From an uncultured delta proteobacterium (GTDB taxonomy: Bacteria > Desulfobacterota > Binatia > DP-6), in the NCBI GenBank assembly GCA_963815115.1, contig CAWFFN010000009.1, positions 192,001-256,000 on the forward strand: 64,000 nt of DNA, written 5' to 3'. The position numbers and the translations under genes were made by a program. Positions 1 to 9,545 of the stretch are shown here, one piece after another; within the stretch, counting starts at the first letter, position 1; each line of letters starts with the position of its first letter. The notes beneath the pieces were generated by a model. That model worked only from the letters and a program-made list of their open reading frames with translations. It did not search any database and was not told the DNA's origin.

Positions 1-1647
1 ATTCACCTCGAGCGTCCCGGCTTCTTCGACAACGAGGGCCGATATGCCGAGGTGGCGCGGGAGATGCTCCTGCGTCGCGATCTCGTCACGCCCACGCTGA
101 ACTTCTCGCTCTTCCTGAACAAGCCGCCGCTGCTCTACTGGCTCGCCGCCGGCGCCTTCTCGCTCGGCGCGGTCGACGAGTGGGCGCGTCTGGTGGCCGT
201 GCTCGCCGCGGCGCTGTCGATCGTTCTCACGTGTCGGCTCGGTGCGCGCCTGTTCGGCGAACGCACCGGCCTGCTCGCCGCCGGGTTTCTCGCCACCACG
301 CTGGGCTTCGCGCTCGAAGCGCGCACGCTGCGGCCCGACGGCGTGCTCATTGCCTCGGTGGTGGGCGCGCTGGGCGGCTGGCAGGCCGCCGAGGACGCTC
401 CCGAGCGACGCCGCACCTGGTGGCTCGCGCTCGGCTACCTCGCCCTCGCGCTCGGGGTGCTCGCGAAGGGCCTCGTTCCCATGGCGCTGGCGGGCGTCCC
501 GGTCGTCGTCTGCACGCTGCGCGACCACGGATGGAGCGGGCTCCGCCGGCTTCGCCCGCTCCTCGGGCTCGGGATACTCCTGCTGGTCGCCGGGCCGTGG
601 CACGTGGCCATCGCCCTCGAGCACCCCGGCTTCGCCTGGGACTACCTCGTCAACCAGCACCTGCTGTTCTTCCTGGACAAGAAGCTTCCACGCGACTCCG
701 TGGGTGATTCGCTGACGGTCTTCTGGGGGATGTTCATCGGCCGCTCGCTTCCCTGGATCGTGCTGCTGCCCTTCACCGTGCGCGAGGCATTCCGCGGGCT
801 GCGCCGTGGCGCGGACCCGGTGGCGCGCTCGAGCGCCCTCTGCTGGACGTGGGTGGCGGCGGTGATGGTGCCGTTCTCGCTCGCGCCGTCGCGTCTCGAG
901 CACTACTCGCTGCCGGCGCTCCCCGCGGTCGGGTTGCTCGCGGCGCGCGGCTGGCAGCGGCTGCGCGCGGGAGAGCTCGGCCGCGCGGCGTGGCTCTGGC
1001 TCGGAACGGTCGCGGCCGGGGTGCTCGTGACGAGCGCGTTCGGGGCGGGGTGGGGCCGCGACATACTCGCGGGCGTCTACTGGATCGACCAGGCCCATGG
1101 CTTGATGTCGCTCGTGCTGCCGGCCGCGTTCGTGCTGGGCGTGGGTGGTCTCGCGCTCGCGCTCAGTGTCCATGCAAGGAAGCCGCGCGCGCTGGTTGCC
1201 GCGATCGCCGGCATGACGATACCGATGCTGGCCATCGTGCAGCTCGCGCAGGCGGAGGTGGAGCCCTTCTTCTCCTGGAAGCCGCTGGCGAAGTCCGTCC
1301 TCGCCCGGCTGCCCGATTCGGTCGACGTCGTCCTCGAAGCGCCGGTGGAATATCAGCTGGTGGGGGGGCTCGCCTTCTATACCAAGCGCCGGATCACGCT
1401 GCTCGAGCCGGTGGACTTCACGCCGCCGACGTATCTCGAGCGGCTGCGGGACGGGCTCTTCGTCTCCCGGCCGGAGTTCGCGCGCCGCTGGACGGCGGCG
1501 CAGCCGCTTGCCTTCATCTCGGATCCGCAACGCCGGCGGCCGACTCCCGCCGGTCTCGTCCCCGGGCCGTTCCACATCGTCGATCGTGTCGGTGACCGAT
1601 GGCTGCTGACCAACCATCCCGTGGGCGGCGAGCAGTCGGCGAGCTGA
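1..1647 (+). CDS. ArnT/PMT-family (GT83-like) membrane glycosyltransferase, 5' truncated by window edge
   Basis: Frame open from position 1 (FFDNEGRYAEVAREM); motifs NKPPLLYW, LAKG, HYSLP; many TM segments. Confidence 0.88.
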   Translation: MHLERPGFFDNEGRYAEVAREMLLRRDLVTPTLNFSLFLNKPPLLYWLAAGAFSLGAVDEWARLVAVLAAALSIVLTCRLGARLFGERTGLLAAGFLATTLGFALEARTLRPDGVLIASVVGALGGWQAAEDAPERRRTWWLALGYLALALGVLAKGLVPMALAGVPVVVCTLRDHGWSGLRRLRPLLGLGILLLVAGPWHVAIALEHPGFAWDYLVNQHLLFFLDKKLPRDSVGDSLTVFWGMFIGRSLPWIVLLPFTVREAFRGLRRGADPVARSSALCWTWVAAVMVPFSLAPSRLEHYSLPALPAVGLLAARGWQRLRAGELGRAAWLWLGTVAAGVLVTSAFGAGWGRDILAGVYWIDQAHGLMSLVLPAAFVLGVGGLALALSVHARKPRALVAAIAGMTIPMLAIVQLAQAEVEPFFSWKPLAKSVLARLPDSVDVVLEAPVEYQLVGGLAFYTKRRITLLEPVDFTPPTYLERLRDGLFVSRPEFARRWTAAQPLAFISDPQRRRPTPAGLVPGPFHIVDRVGDRWLLTNHPVGGEQSAS

Positions 1648-2846
1648 TCGCGCTCGCGCTCGCAGTCGTGCTCGGCGGCGCCTCGGCTGCGCGAGGCGAT
1701 ATGAGCTTCGTCCCGGTGCCGGAGATCATCCTCGATCCCAACGAGGGCAACACGTACGGCCTGATGGGCGTCTTCATGTTTCTCGACGAGAACAGCGAGA
1801 TCCAGTACATGCTCGCGCCCGACGTCCGCTACAACGCGACCAAGGGCGTGTTCCCGGTGTTCCGTCTCTTCGGCTACCCGACCTCCACGCGGCGCTACCA
1901 GCTCGTCATCGGCCAGTCGACGACGAAGGACAACGACTACGAGGCCGAGTACTACGATCGCGGCCTGATGGACGGGCACGCCTTCCTGCGTGCCAAGGCC
2001 CTGTACGAGAACGATTCGACCGATCGCTTCTTCGGCTTCGGCAACACCTCGCGGGAGTCGGACGAGGCGAACTACACCGGCAGGACGATCGACGCCTGGG
2101 TCGAGCCGGGCTACTGGCTCGTTCCGAAGATCTACGTCTCCTACCGGATGCGCATCAACCGCTTCAGCGTCTCGCGCGGCCAGGTGAACGGTCTGCCCTT
2201 CCTCACCGCGCCGCGCCTGCTGCGCAATCCCCAGACCAACACGGTCGACCGTGGTCTGCAGCCGGGGCACTACTTCTCGAACCGGCTCGAGTTCGGCTAT
2301 GACACGCGCGACTCGATCGACCTGCCGACGCAGGGTGCCCTGTCGCGCATCTACGTCGACATGGCGGACCGGGCGCTGGGAAGCTCGACGTCGTACACCA
2401 AGTTCGGTTTCGACGCGCGCGGCTACGTGCCGCTGCGCGGCGAGAAGAAGAATCCGATCCTGGCGCTGCGTGCGGGGGCCGACTACGTGACCGGACCGAG
2501 CGACACGCCGTTCTGGGAGCGCAGCTCGGTCGGCGGGCGGCGCACCCTGCGGGGCTACAACGGGGATCGCTTCATCGGCTTCAACCGCAGCATCGGGTCG
2601 GTGGAGCTGCGCACCAACGTGTACCAGCGCCGGCTCTTCGGCGTGAAGACGGAGCTCGAGCTCGCGCCCTTCGTCGACGCCGGCCAGGTGTTCAAGGGCG
2701 TGCGCACCAACCCGGTCGGCGACCTGCACTGGGACTACGGACTCGGCTTCCGCGGCATCGTGCGCCCCCAGATCCTGGCCTTCGTCGACGTGGGCCAGGG
2801 CTCCGAGGGCTTCAAGGTGTTCACCGGGATCGACTACCCGTTTTGA
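1599..2846 (+). CDS. BamA/TamA (Omp85 surface antigen) family outer-membrane beta-barrel protein
   Basis: N-terminal signal peptide; YDTRDS, GGRRTLRGY (loop-6 VRGY-like), FVDAGQV; C-terminal Phe; start approximate. Confidence 0.8.
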   Translation: MAADQPSRGRRAVGELIALALAVVLGGASAARGDMSFVPVPEIILDPNEGNTYGLMGVFMFLDENSEIQYMLAPDVRYNATKGVFPVFRLFGYPTSTRRYQLVIGQSTTKDNDYEAEYYDRGLMDGHAFLRAKALYENDSTDRFFGFGNTSRESDEANYTGRTIDAWVEPGYWLVPKIYVSYRMRINRFSVSRGQVNGLPFLTAPRLLRNPQTNTVDRGLQPGHYFSNRLEFGYDTRDSIDLPTQGALSRIYVDMADRALGSSTSYTKFGFDARGYVPLRGEKKNPILALRAGADYVTGPSDTPFWERSSVGGRRTLRGYNGDRFIGFNRSIGSVELRTNVYQRRLFGVKTELELAPFVDAGQVFKGVRTNPVGDLHWDYGLGFRGIVRPQILAFVDVGQGSEGFKVFTGIDYPF

Positions 2847-4518
2847 CCGGCGAGTCCTGGAGGCGCACGCCCTCGGGCACGAGCAGAAGGTCGAGCGTAC
2901 CGCGGCGGGGCTCCTGCGCCTCGCTCACGGCGATCGGCTCGAGCGGGTGCCCGTTCCCGTCGTGCCACCGCCGCCGCTCGTCCTCCCAGAAGAGGAGGTA
3001 GGCGGGCCCCTGCACGCCGGCCTTCCAGGGCAGCAGTGGACGGGGGGCGTAGAAGCGAAGGCCGGGATCGGTCGGCAAGGCGACGTGCAGCGAGGCGTCC
3101 GGCGGCACGATCTGGTCGACGCGATCCATGAACGGGGCGAGGCTCGCGGCACGGCCCAGGGTGGCGTGCAGGAAGCCGCCGAAGACCACCTGCCAGGCGC
3201 AGGTCACGGCGGCCAGCACCAGAGTCACGCGCCGCCAGTCCGCGCGCCGGCGGGCGCGGGCGACCAGCACGGCGGCGACGAGCGCGACGACTCCCAGCCC
3301 GAGTAGCTCGGGTGCCGCGGCCCGCGCGGCGGCGACGACGGCGACGGTGTTCTGGGCGTCGCGCGGCTTGAGGAGATGGCGCAGCACGGCGACCACGTCG
3401 ACGCCCGAGGCGAGCGCGCCGGCGGCGAGCCCGAGTACCACCAGCGCCGGGGCATAGATGGCCGAGGTCACGCGCAGGAGGTGCGCGAGGCGTCCTGCCG
3501 GTGGCTGCTGCACGCCCAGCGCGAGCAGGACGGCGAGCGCCGGGAAGAGAGGAAGCAGATAGACGCTGCGCTTGGCGGCGGCGATCGAGAAGAACACCAG
3601 CACCACCGCCACCCAGGCCGCGAGCAGCACCACGGCGGGGTTCCGTCGCCGCGCGTCCGCCAGCGGCGCGCCGGCGAGGGGCAGCAGCAACGTCCACGGC
3701 AGCAGTCCGATCATCCCGACCAGCGGCAGGTAGCCGATGCCGTGGGCGTGGCCGGTGCCCGCGTCGGCGGTATCGACGAAGCGTAGCAGGTTCTCCTGCA
3801 CGACGACGTGCAGGAAGGCGCCGCCTTCGCGCGCGAACGCGACGCCATACCACAGCGCCGCCGCGGCACCGCCGGCGACGAGCACCGGCAGCGTCCCGAG
3901 CCGGCGCAGGAAGGACAGGTCGCGCCGAACGGCGATCAGCGTCCCCACGGCGAGCGCGGGCAGGATGACCGCGACGGGGCCCTTCGAGAGCGTGGCGACG
4001 GCCACCCCCGCGGTCGCGATCACCAGGAGCGCGGCACGCGAGCGCCGCTCGTCCGCGAGCGCCACCAGCCACGCGCCCAGGACGACGGTGAGCCCCGCCG
4101 CGAGGGCCATGTCGACGCGCGCGACGGTCGCCGCTCGCGTCCACTCGAAGGTCGTGGCGAGGATCAGTGCCGCGAGCAGCGCAACCTCGCCGCCGAAGCT
4201 CGCCCGCACGGCCGCCCAGGTGGCCAGCACCCCGACCGTGCCGAGGATGGCGGACGGCAGCCGCGCCGCCAATTCCGGTCGATCGGGGAACAGCGCCAGG
4301 GCGCTGGCAGCGATCCAGTAGTAGAGCGGGGGCTTGCGCGCGAGCTCACCTTCCGGCCGGCTCGGCACGAGCCACTCGCCGGTGTGCACCATCTCGCGGG
4401 CGACCAGGGCCTCGCGCGGCTCGCCGCGCGTGTAGAATGGCACGGCGCCGAGGCCCGTGAAGAAGAGCACCAGGCAGACGCCGGCGACGATCAGTGGCGC
4501 TCTCACGGGCGCTCTCAC
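2821..4518 (-). CDS. ArnT-family glycosyltransferase (second paralog)
   Basis: EPREALVAREM, RKPPLYYW, LSKGPV, KRSVYLLP; polytopic; start may be 4506. Confidence 0.88.
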   Translation of the reverse strand: MRAPVRAPLIVAGVCLVLFFTGLGAVPFYTRGEPREALVAREMVHTGEWLVPSRPEGELARKPPLYYWIAASALALFPDRPELAARLPSAILGTVGVLATWAAVRASFGGEVALLAALILATTFEWTRAATVARVDMALAAGLTVVLGAWLVALADERRSRAALLVIATAGVAVATLSKGPVAVILPALAVGTLIAVRRDLSFLRRLGTLPVLVAGGAAAALWYGVAFAREGGAFLHVVVQENLLRFVDTADAGTGHAHGIGYLPLVGMIGLLPWTLLLPLAGAPLADARRRNPAVVLLAAWVAVVLVFFSIAAAKRSVYLLPLFPALAVLLALGVQQPPAGRLAHLLRVTSAIYAPALVVLGLAAGALASGVDVVAVLRHLLKPRDAQNTVAVVAAARAAAPELLGLGVVALVAAVLVARARRRADWRRVTLVLAAVTCAWQVVFGGFLHATLGRAASLAPFMDRVDQIVPPDASLHVALPTDPGLRFYAPRPLLPWKAGVQGPAYLLFWEDERRRWHDGNGHPLEPIAVSEAQEPRRGTLDLLLVPEGVRLQDSPVKTGSRSR

Positions 4519-4589
4519 GGCGCCGGCGCCCGCGCGGTCCGCGGGCGATCCTTGTCACTCGGGGGCGCGGCTGTTAGCGTCCCGCGCAC

Positions 4590-5249
4590 ATGGCCGAGCC
4601 GGTCGCCGAGCACTACGACGCGCGCTGGGGCTATCGCAAGCTCGACGCCGAACGCTACGAGCGCCGTCGCTACGGCTCGCTCGGGCGGCGCCTGAACCTC
4701 CGCCTGCTCGAGCGCGCGCTCGCCCGGGCGCTGGCCCGGGTTCCGGCCGGTGGCCTCGTGCTCGATGCGCCCTGCGGCACGGGCATCCTCTCCACCTTCC
4801 TGCGCCGGCGGGGCTACCGGGTCATCGGCGCCGACATCTCGCCGGCGATGCTCGCGGTCGCCCATCGGCGCGCCGACGCGCTGGGGCACGTACGCGCCGA
4901 CCTCGAGCAGGCGCCGTGCCGGCCCCGCAGCGTCGACGCCGTGCTCACCAGCCGCTTCATGATGCATCTGCCGTCCGACACTCGCGTCCGCGTGCTGCGC
5001 GTGCTGGGCGAGCTGGCGCGCGGACCGGTGGTGGCGACGGTCTGCCATCCCTACACGTACAAGAGCTTCCAGCGTGCCCTGCGGCGCGCGCTCGGCGGCA
5101 GTGCGAAGCGCAGCCCGCGGCTGACGCGACGCGAGCTCGAAGACGAGGCCGCCCGCGCCGGGATGCGCATCGAGCGTGTCATCCCGGTGCTCCCGGTACT
5201 GTCCGAGGTATGGGTCGTGGTCCTGAGCACTCTGCCGAGGCCTACCTAG
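4590..5249 (+). CDS. Class I SAM-dependent methyltransferase
   Basis: VLDAPCGTG motif I, GADISPAML motif II. Confidence 0.85.
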   Translation: MAEPVAEHYDARWGYRKLDAERYERRRYGSLGRRLNLRLLERALARALARVPAGGLVLDAPCGTGILSTFLRRRGYRVIGADISPAMLAVAHRRADALGHVRADLEQAPCRPRSVDAVLTSRFMMHLPSDTRVRVLRVLGELARGPVVATVCHPYTYKSFQRALRRALGGSAKRSPRLTRRELEDEAARAGMRIERVIPVLPVLSEVWVVVLSTLPRPT

Positions 5250-5270
5250 ACCCGGGGGGAGGAGAGGGCA

Positions 5271-6590
5271 ATGGCGAAGATCGAGCGCGTGCATGCCCGT
5301 GAGATCCTCGATTCGCGGGGCTTCCCGACCGTGCAGGGGGTGGTGACGCTGGCGGGCGGCGCGACGGCATCGGCAGCGGTTCCCTCGGGGGCGTCCACGG
5401 GAGAGCGCGAGGCAGTCGAGCTGCGTGACGGCGACGCGAGACGCTACGCCGGCAAGGGCGTGCGCAAGGCCGTGGACAACGTGAACCGCGTGATCGCGCC
5501 GGCGCTGGCGGGGCTGGAGGCGGATCAGAATCTCGTCGACGCCAAGCTGCTCGCGCTCGACGGCACCGACAGCAAGGGCAAGCTCGGCGCCAACGCGCTG
5601 CTCGCGGTGTCGCTGGCCACCGCGCGGGCCGCGGCGGCCGCCGGTGGCGTACCGCTCTACCGTGCGCTCGGAGGCGAGTCGGCCACGCTGCTGCCGACTC
5701 CCCAGATGAACGTCATCAACGGCGGGAGGCACGCCGACAACAACCTCGACTTCCAGGAGTTCATGATCGTTCCCCACGGAGCGCCGTCCTTCCCGGAGGC
5801 GATCCGCCAGGGTGTCGAGGTCTACCACGCGCTGCGCGGCCTGCTCGGCGCGCGCTCCCTCACCACGGCGGTCGGCGACGAGGGCGGCTTCGCGCCCGCG
5901 CTCGAGAGCCACGAGCAGGCGCTCGACCTTCTCGAGGAAGCCATTCGCGCCGCCGGCCTCGAGCCCGGGCGTGACGTCTCGCTCGCGCTCGACTGCGCCG
6001 CGAGCGAGCTCGCCGACGGTGACGGATACGTCTTCGCCAAGGCCGGCGGCCCCCGCCGCTCGGCCGCGGACCTCGTGGCGCTCTACCAGCGCTGGTGCGC
6101 GAGCCACCCGATCGTGTCGATCGAGGACGGCCTCGGCGAGAACGACCGCGCGGGATGGAAGGCGCTCACCGCGGCGCTCGGCAGCCGCGTGCAGCTCGTC
6201 GGCGACGATCTCTTCTGCACCAACGAGAAGCTCCTCGCGCAGGGCATCGCCGACGGCCTCGCCAACGCGATCCTGATCAAGGTGAACCAGATCGGGACGC
6301 TGACCGAGACGCGCGCGACGATGGCGCGTGCCGCGCGCGCCGGCTACCGCAACGTCGTGTCGCACCGCTCGGGCGAGACCGAGGACGCCTTCATCGCCGA
6401 CCTCGCGGTCGCGACCGGCGCCGGGCAGATCAAGACCGGGGCGCCGGCGCGCTCCGAGCGGACCGCCAAGTACAACCGCCTGCTGGTGATCGCCGAGGAG
6501 CTGGGATCGCGGGCGAGATACGAGTCGCCCTACGGAGAACGCCCCGAGACTTCGTCTCGGGGCGAGACGGAGAGGGAGCATGGGGCTTGA
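5271..6590 (+). CDS. eno: Enolase (phosphopyruvate hydratase)
   Basis: [48 protein letters not shown]; GGAG-rich RBS. Confidence 0.97.
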   Translation: MAKIERVHAREILDSRGFPTVQGVVTLAGGATASAAVPSGASTGEREAVELRDGDARRYAGKGVRKAVDNVNRVIAPALAGLEADQNLVDAKLLALDGTDSKGKLGANALLAVSLATARAAAAAGGVPLYRALGGESATLLPTPQMNVINGGRHADNNLDFQEFMIVPHGAPSFPEAIRQGVEVYHALRGLLGARSLTTAVGDEGGFAPALESHEQALDLLEEAIRAAGLEPGRDVSLALDCAASELADGDGYVFAKAGGPRRSAADLVALYQRWCASHPIVSIEDGLGENDRAGWKALTAALGSRVQLVGDDLFCTNEKLLAQGIADGLANAILIKVNQIGTLTETRATMARAARAGYRNVVSHRSGETEDAFIADLAVATGAGQIKTGAPARSERTAKYNRLLVIAEELGSRARYESPYGERPETSSRGETEREHGA

Positions 6591-6637
6591 GTGGACCGTG
6601 CGGGCGGCATGCCGCGGCCGGCGGAGCCGGCGCGGCA
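6531..6637 (+). repeat. Multi-hairpin dispersed repeat, copy 1 (overlaps eno 3' end)
   Basis: CGCCCCGAGAC-TTC-GTCTCGGGGCG (6540-6564) and TGCCGCGGCCGGC-GGA-GCCGGCGCGGCA (6610-6637), shared with copies at ~17000 and ~59945. Confidence 0.85.
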
Positions 6638-6711
6638 GACATTCCAGAGTGCGAGACGGTAGCTGAACGGGATGGTTGCGGACCGACAGAAGGGTTTGGG
6701 CCGGAGACGCT

Positions 6712-6798
6712 GGGGTGCCACGTTTTGCCGCGCCGGCTTCGCCGGCCGCGGCACGGCGTTCGCCCGATCCACGGAACGCCACACGCTCGCTTCCGCTT
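6712..6798 (-). repeat. Multi-hairpin dispersed repeat, copy 2 (inverted, lacks first hairpin)
   Basis: Reverse complement reads AGCGGAAGCGAGCGTGTGGCGTTCCGTGGATCGGGCGAACGCCGTGCCGCGGCCGGCGAAGCCGGCGCGGCAAAACGTGGCA, closely matching copies 3 and 4. Confidence 0.88.
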
Positions 6799-6803
6799 GA
6801 ACG

Positions 6804-7697
6804 ATGCATCGCTCGCGCAGCCGGCTGCATCTCGGGATGCCGCACACCATCTCGGGTGCGCTGAGCGAGATCGCGCTGCTCGCCCATCTCCAGGACCTGC
6901 AGTGGACGGAGCTCGGCCGGCTCGCGGGCTGTCCCGCGTCGCGCCAGGTGGACGCCGATGGTCGCGAGGTCTACGCCAGCATCTACTTCGTCGACCTGGA
7001 CGGCCTGCCGGAGGCCGGGCTGCGTGCGTTCCGGCCCGACGACGACCTCGAGGTGCTGAGCACGCTCGGGCGCTTCGGGCAGACCATGCTCGAGGCCGAG
7101 CACGTCCTCGTTCCCGCCGATCTGGTGCCCACTCCGCTGCCGGCGGCGCCGCTCCCCGGCCTCCGCGTGCGGCTGTCCAACGTGCTGGTGGCGCTGGGCG
7201 CGGGTCCCGACGACCTGCGCATCTCGACGCCGGTGAACGCCCGGCTCGACGCCATCCCCGCGCTGCCGACGCAGCCCGAGTCGTACCGCCTGGTCCGCGA
7301 AGCCGAGGTGCGCGGCGCGTTCTTCGAGCCGCCGGCAGGCGTCCGGCCGCTCTGGTCGCCGAGCCACGCCACGACCATCCCCATCAACCCGGACCGCGAC
7401 CTGAACGGCGTCGGGCTGCTCTACTTCGCCAACTACGTCGCGTTCCTCGACGCCGCCGAGCGTGCCGCGCTCGAGCGCTCGGGAACGTTCCCGGCGAGAG
7501 CCCTCGATGGCCGCGTCACGGTGCGGCGACGCATCGGGTTCTACGGCAACGCCCGCGCATCCGATGCGCTGCTCGTCGAGGTCGACGGGTTCCGGCTCGA
7601 CGACGCCCGGCTCCTGGTGAACCATCGCGTGCGTCGGATGAGCGACGGCCGGCTCATCGCGATCGCGAGCGCGGAGAGACGGCTCGCGGGAACCTGA
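6804..7697 (+). CDS. LnmK-family (double hot-dog) acyltransferase/decarboxylase-like protein
   Basis: LGMPH..GALSE..L, VYASIYFV, INPDRDLNGVGLLYFANY and RRIGFYGNA motifs recalled from the LnmK/Pnap_2097-type family. Confidence 0.75.
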   Translation: MHRSRSRLHLGMPHTISGALSEIALLAHLQDLQWTELGRLAGCPASRQVDADGREVYASIYFVDLDGLPEAGLRAFRPDDDLEVLSTLGRFGQTMLEAEHVLVPADLVPTPLPAAPLPGLRVRLSNVLVALGAGPDDLRISTPVNARLDAIPALPTQPESYRLVREAEVRGAFFEPPAGVRPLWSPSHATTIPINPDRDLNGVGLLYFANYVAFLDAAERAALERSGTFPARALDGRVTVRRRIGFYGNARASDALLVEVDGFRLDDARLLVNHRVRRMSDGRLIAIASAERRLAGT

Positions 7698-7699
7698 CG

Positions 7700-7942
7700 T
7701 CAGGCCGGCCCGATGAGCGCGAGCAGGTCACGGATGGTCTCGTGGCGGCCGGCGCGCAGCTCCGTGCCGTCGAACGGCACCCCGAACTGTTCCTCGACGA
7801 ACGCCGCGAACAGCGTGAGACCCATGGAGTCGAGCAGGCCCTCGCTGAGCAGCGGCGTGTCGAGGGTCACGGGGGCCTCGCGCCCCGCGGCGAAGTAGTG
7901 CCTGACGAAATCGAGGAGCAGCGGCGCGCGCGGGTCGTCCAT
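7700..7942 (-). CDS. Stand-alone acyl carrier protein (DltC-like), 80 aa
   Basis: C-terminal part of ORF 7700..9166 starting at ATG 7942: TPLLSEGLLDSMG phosphopantetheine motif, EEQFGV. Confidence 0.85.
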   Translation of the reverse strand: MDDPRAPLLLDFVRHYFAAGREAPVTLDTPLLSEGLLDSMGLTLFAAFVEEQFGVPFDGTELRAGRHETIRDLLALIGPA

Positions 7943-7989
7943 GCGTCGCGCCGCACCTAGCACGCGCGCGCCGGCGGGTCGACGCCGAG

Positions 7990-9426
7990 TCAGCCGAGCA
8001 GCGCGTGCAGGAGCGCCGGGAAGCGCGCCACCGCGTCGCCCTGGAAGGACAGGAGGAGCGGCGTCAGCCCGCCGAGCCCCCACATGAGCACGGTGCGGAT
8101 CGCGCGACCGCTCCATCCCGGCGGGGTCGTCCCCGGCCCGGTGCGGGCGAGCGTGCCGTGCAGCAGCACGGCGCCGGCGTTGATCGCCGCCCACAAGGCG
8201 ACCGGCGCGACCTGCTCGAGGCGGAAGTCGGCCGTGAGGAAGGGGACGCCGAGGGCGTGCCAGAGGAAGCTCACGCCGAACGCCGCGAGGATGTTCCGCG
8301 CCAGGTGGCGGCGCCCGCCGAGCGGCCCGTAGACGTGCTGCACGAGCCAGTTCGTGAGGGTGCCCCGCCAGGCCCACCACAGCTCGGAGGGATTCTCGCA
8401 GGTGAGCAGCCCCCGGAAATTGGCCCGCAGCTGGACGCCGAGGAACAGCGCCGCGCCGTCGATCATCGCCCAGCCCCCCATCACCCCGAGCGCCGTGCGG
8501 ATGAAGAAGACGGCCGCGATGGCCCAGGCGAGGACCGGTCGCGGACTCGCCAGCACCGTGTCGACGGAGACGGGGATGCGGAGTCCCACCCACGCCTGCA
8601 CCGCACCCATGGCGATGCGGCGGGCGGCGCGGGCATGGTCGAGGGTGACGGGGCGCACCAGGTTGCGGCGGGAGAACTCCGCGTACACCTCGGGTGCGCC
8701 GAAGATGCCGGCGACGCCGGGATAGAAGGTCATGAACGCGGCATAGTCGCGCATCCGGCGCGGCGACTTCGCAGCCTCGATCACGAAGCTGATGTGGCGA
8801 AGGGCGGCGAACGCGAGCAGCCCCTGGAGCGGCCACGCAGCCCCGACGCTGCCGCGTCGCACCCACAGCGCGTAGCAGTACGCCCCGGCGACGAGTCCAC
8901 CCTGGGCCAGCGCCAGCGCCCACGGGCGCGCGACCAGCGACGTGCGCAGCACGGCGAAGCCGAGGAGGCCGATCGCGGCGACGAGGGCGACGGCCTGCAC
9001 GCCGTAGTACTGGAGGAGGAACGCGATGCTCAGACCGGCGAGGCCGACCTTGCGCCACGCCGGCGGCGCCGCCGCGGCCGCCAGCCCGCCGAGCGCGCAC
9101 AGCGCCAGGTGGTCCCAGCGCGTGAAGATGAGCTCGAGCTGGGTGCTCGGGTGTCGCAGGATCCACAGCAGGAGGCCGAGCGCGGCCACGCCGGCGGCCG
9201 CCGCGATGCCGCCGTCGAGCGCGCGTGCCGGGCGCGACGGTGCCGCCGTCATGCCCGCGAGCACGCGGCAGGCTGCGGCGAGAACGATCCCGAGGACGGC
9301 GAGGCCGCCCAGATCGAGCAGCGAGGCGAGCGCGTCCGCGCTGCCGGCCGGCGCCACCGAGAGCAGGCGCTGCTCGAGCAGCGCGCGGAGCGGCGCAGCG
9401 ATCCGCTGCAGCAGGTCCGGTTGCAT
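7990..9426 (-). CDS. MBOAT family membrane-bound O-acyltransferase (AlgI/DltB-like)
   Basis: RHISF, FMTFYP, ANF..NPSELWWAW..TLTNWL..HVYGPLGG, catalytic His in FLWHALG; polytopic. Confidence 0.82.
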   Translation of the reverse strand: MQPDLLQRIAAPLRALLEQRLLSVAPAGSADALASLLDLGGLAVLGIVLAAACRVLAGMTAAPSRPARALDGGIAAAAGVAALGLLLWILRHPSTQLELIFTRWDHLALCALGGLAAAAAPPAWRKVGLAGLSIAFLLQYYGVQAVALVAAIGLLGFAVLRTSLVARPWALALAQGGLVAGAYCYALWVRRGSVGAAWPLQGLLAFAALRHISFVIEAAKSPRRMRDYAAFMTFYPGVAGIFGAPEVYAEFSRRNLVRPVTLDHARAARRIAMGAVQAWVGLRIPVSVDTVLASPRPVLAWAIAAVFFIRTALGVMGGWAMIDGAALFLGVQLRANFRGLLTCENPSELWWAWRGTLTNWLVQHVYGPLGGRRHLARNILAAFGVSFLWHALGVPFLTADFRLEQVAPVALWAAINAGAVLLHGTLARTGPGTTPPGWSGRAIRTVLMWGLGGLTPLLLSFQGDAVARFPALLHALLG

Positions 9427-9545
9427 GGTGGGGGGTCGAACCGCGGCCGAGGTATGGAGGGCGCGGCCCGGGAGGTCAAGGATGACGCCGGCCGGTGCGC
9501 TCCCAATGCGGGCGCGCCGGCGCTAGAAGCGTCCGGTCGATGCGG

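Noticed and set aside
4495-4518. 12-bp tandem duplication at the ArnT2 start (GTGAGAGCGCC twice on the minus strand)
   Set aside because: Two units only; affects start-codon choice but gives no evidence of function
6531-6803. Hairpin repeats as a CRISPR array or rho-independent terminators
   Set aside because: No regular repeat-spacer period and no cas genes. Forward copies lack U-tracts; the TTTT in copy 2 lies before the hairpin on the + strand. Conservation extends over ~100 bp, more than a terminator needs
4515-7625. 1036-aa minus-strand ORF and similar long Arg/Ala/Gly-rich ORFs across the window
   Set aside because: Antisense or off-frame to clear genes, no motifs, expected from stop-codon scarcity at this GC content
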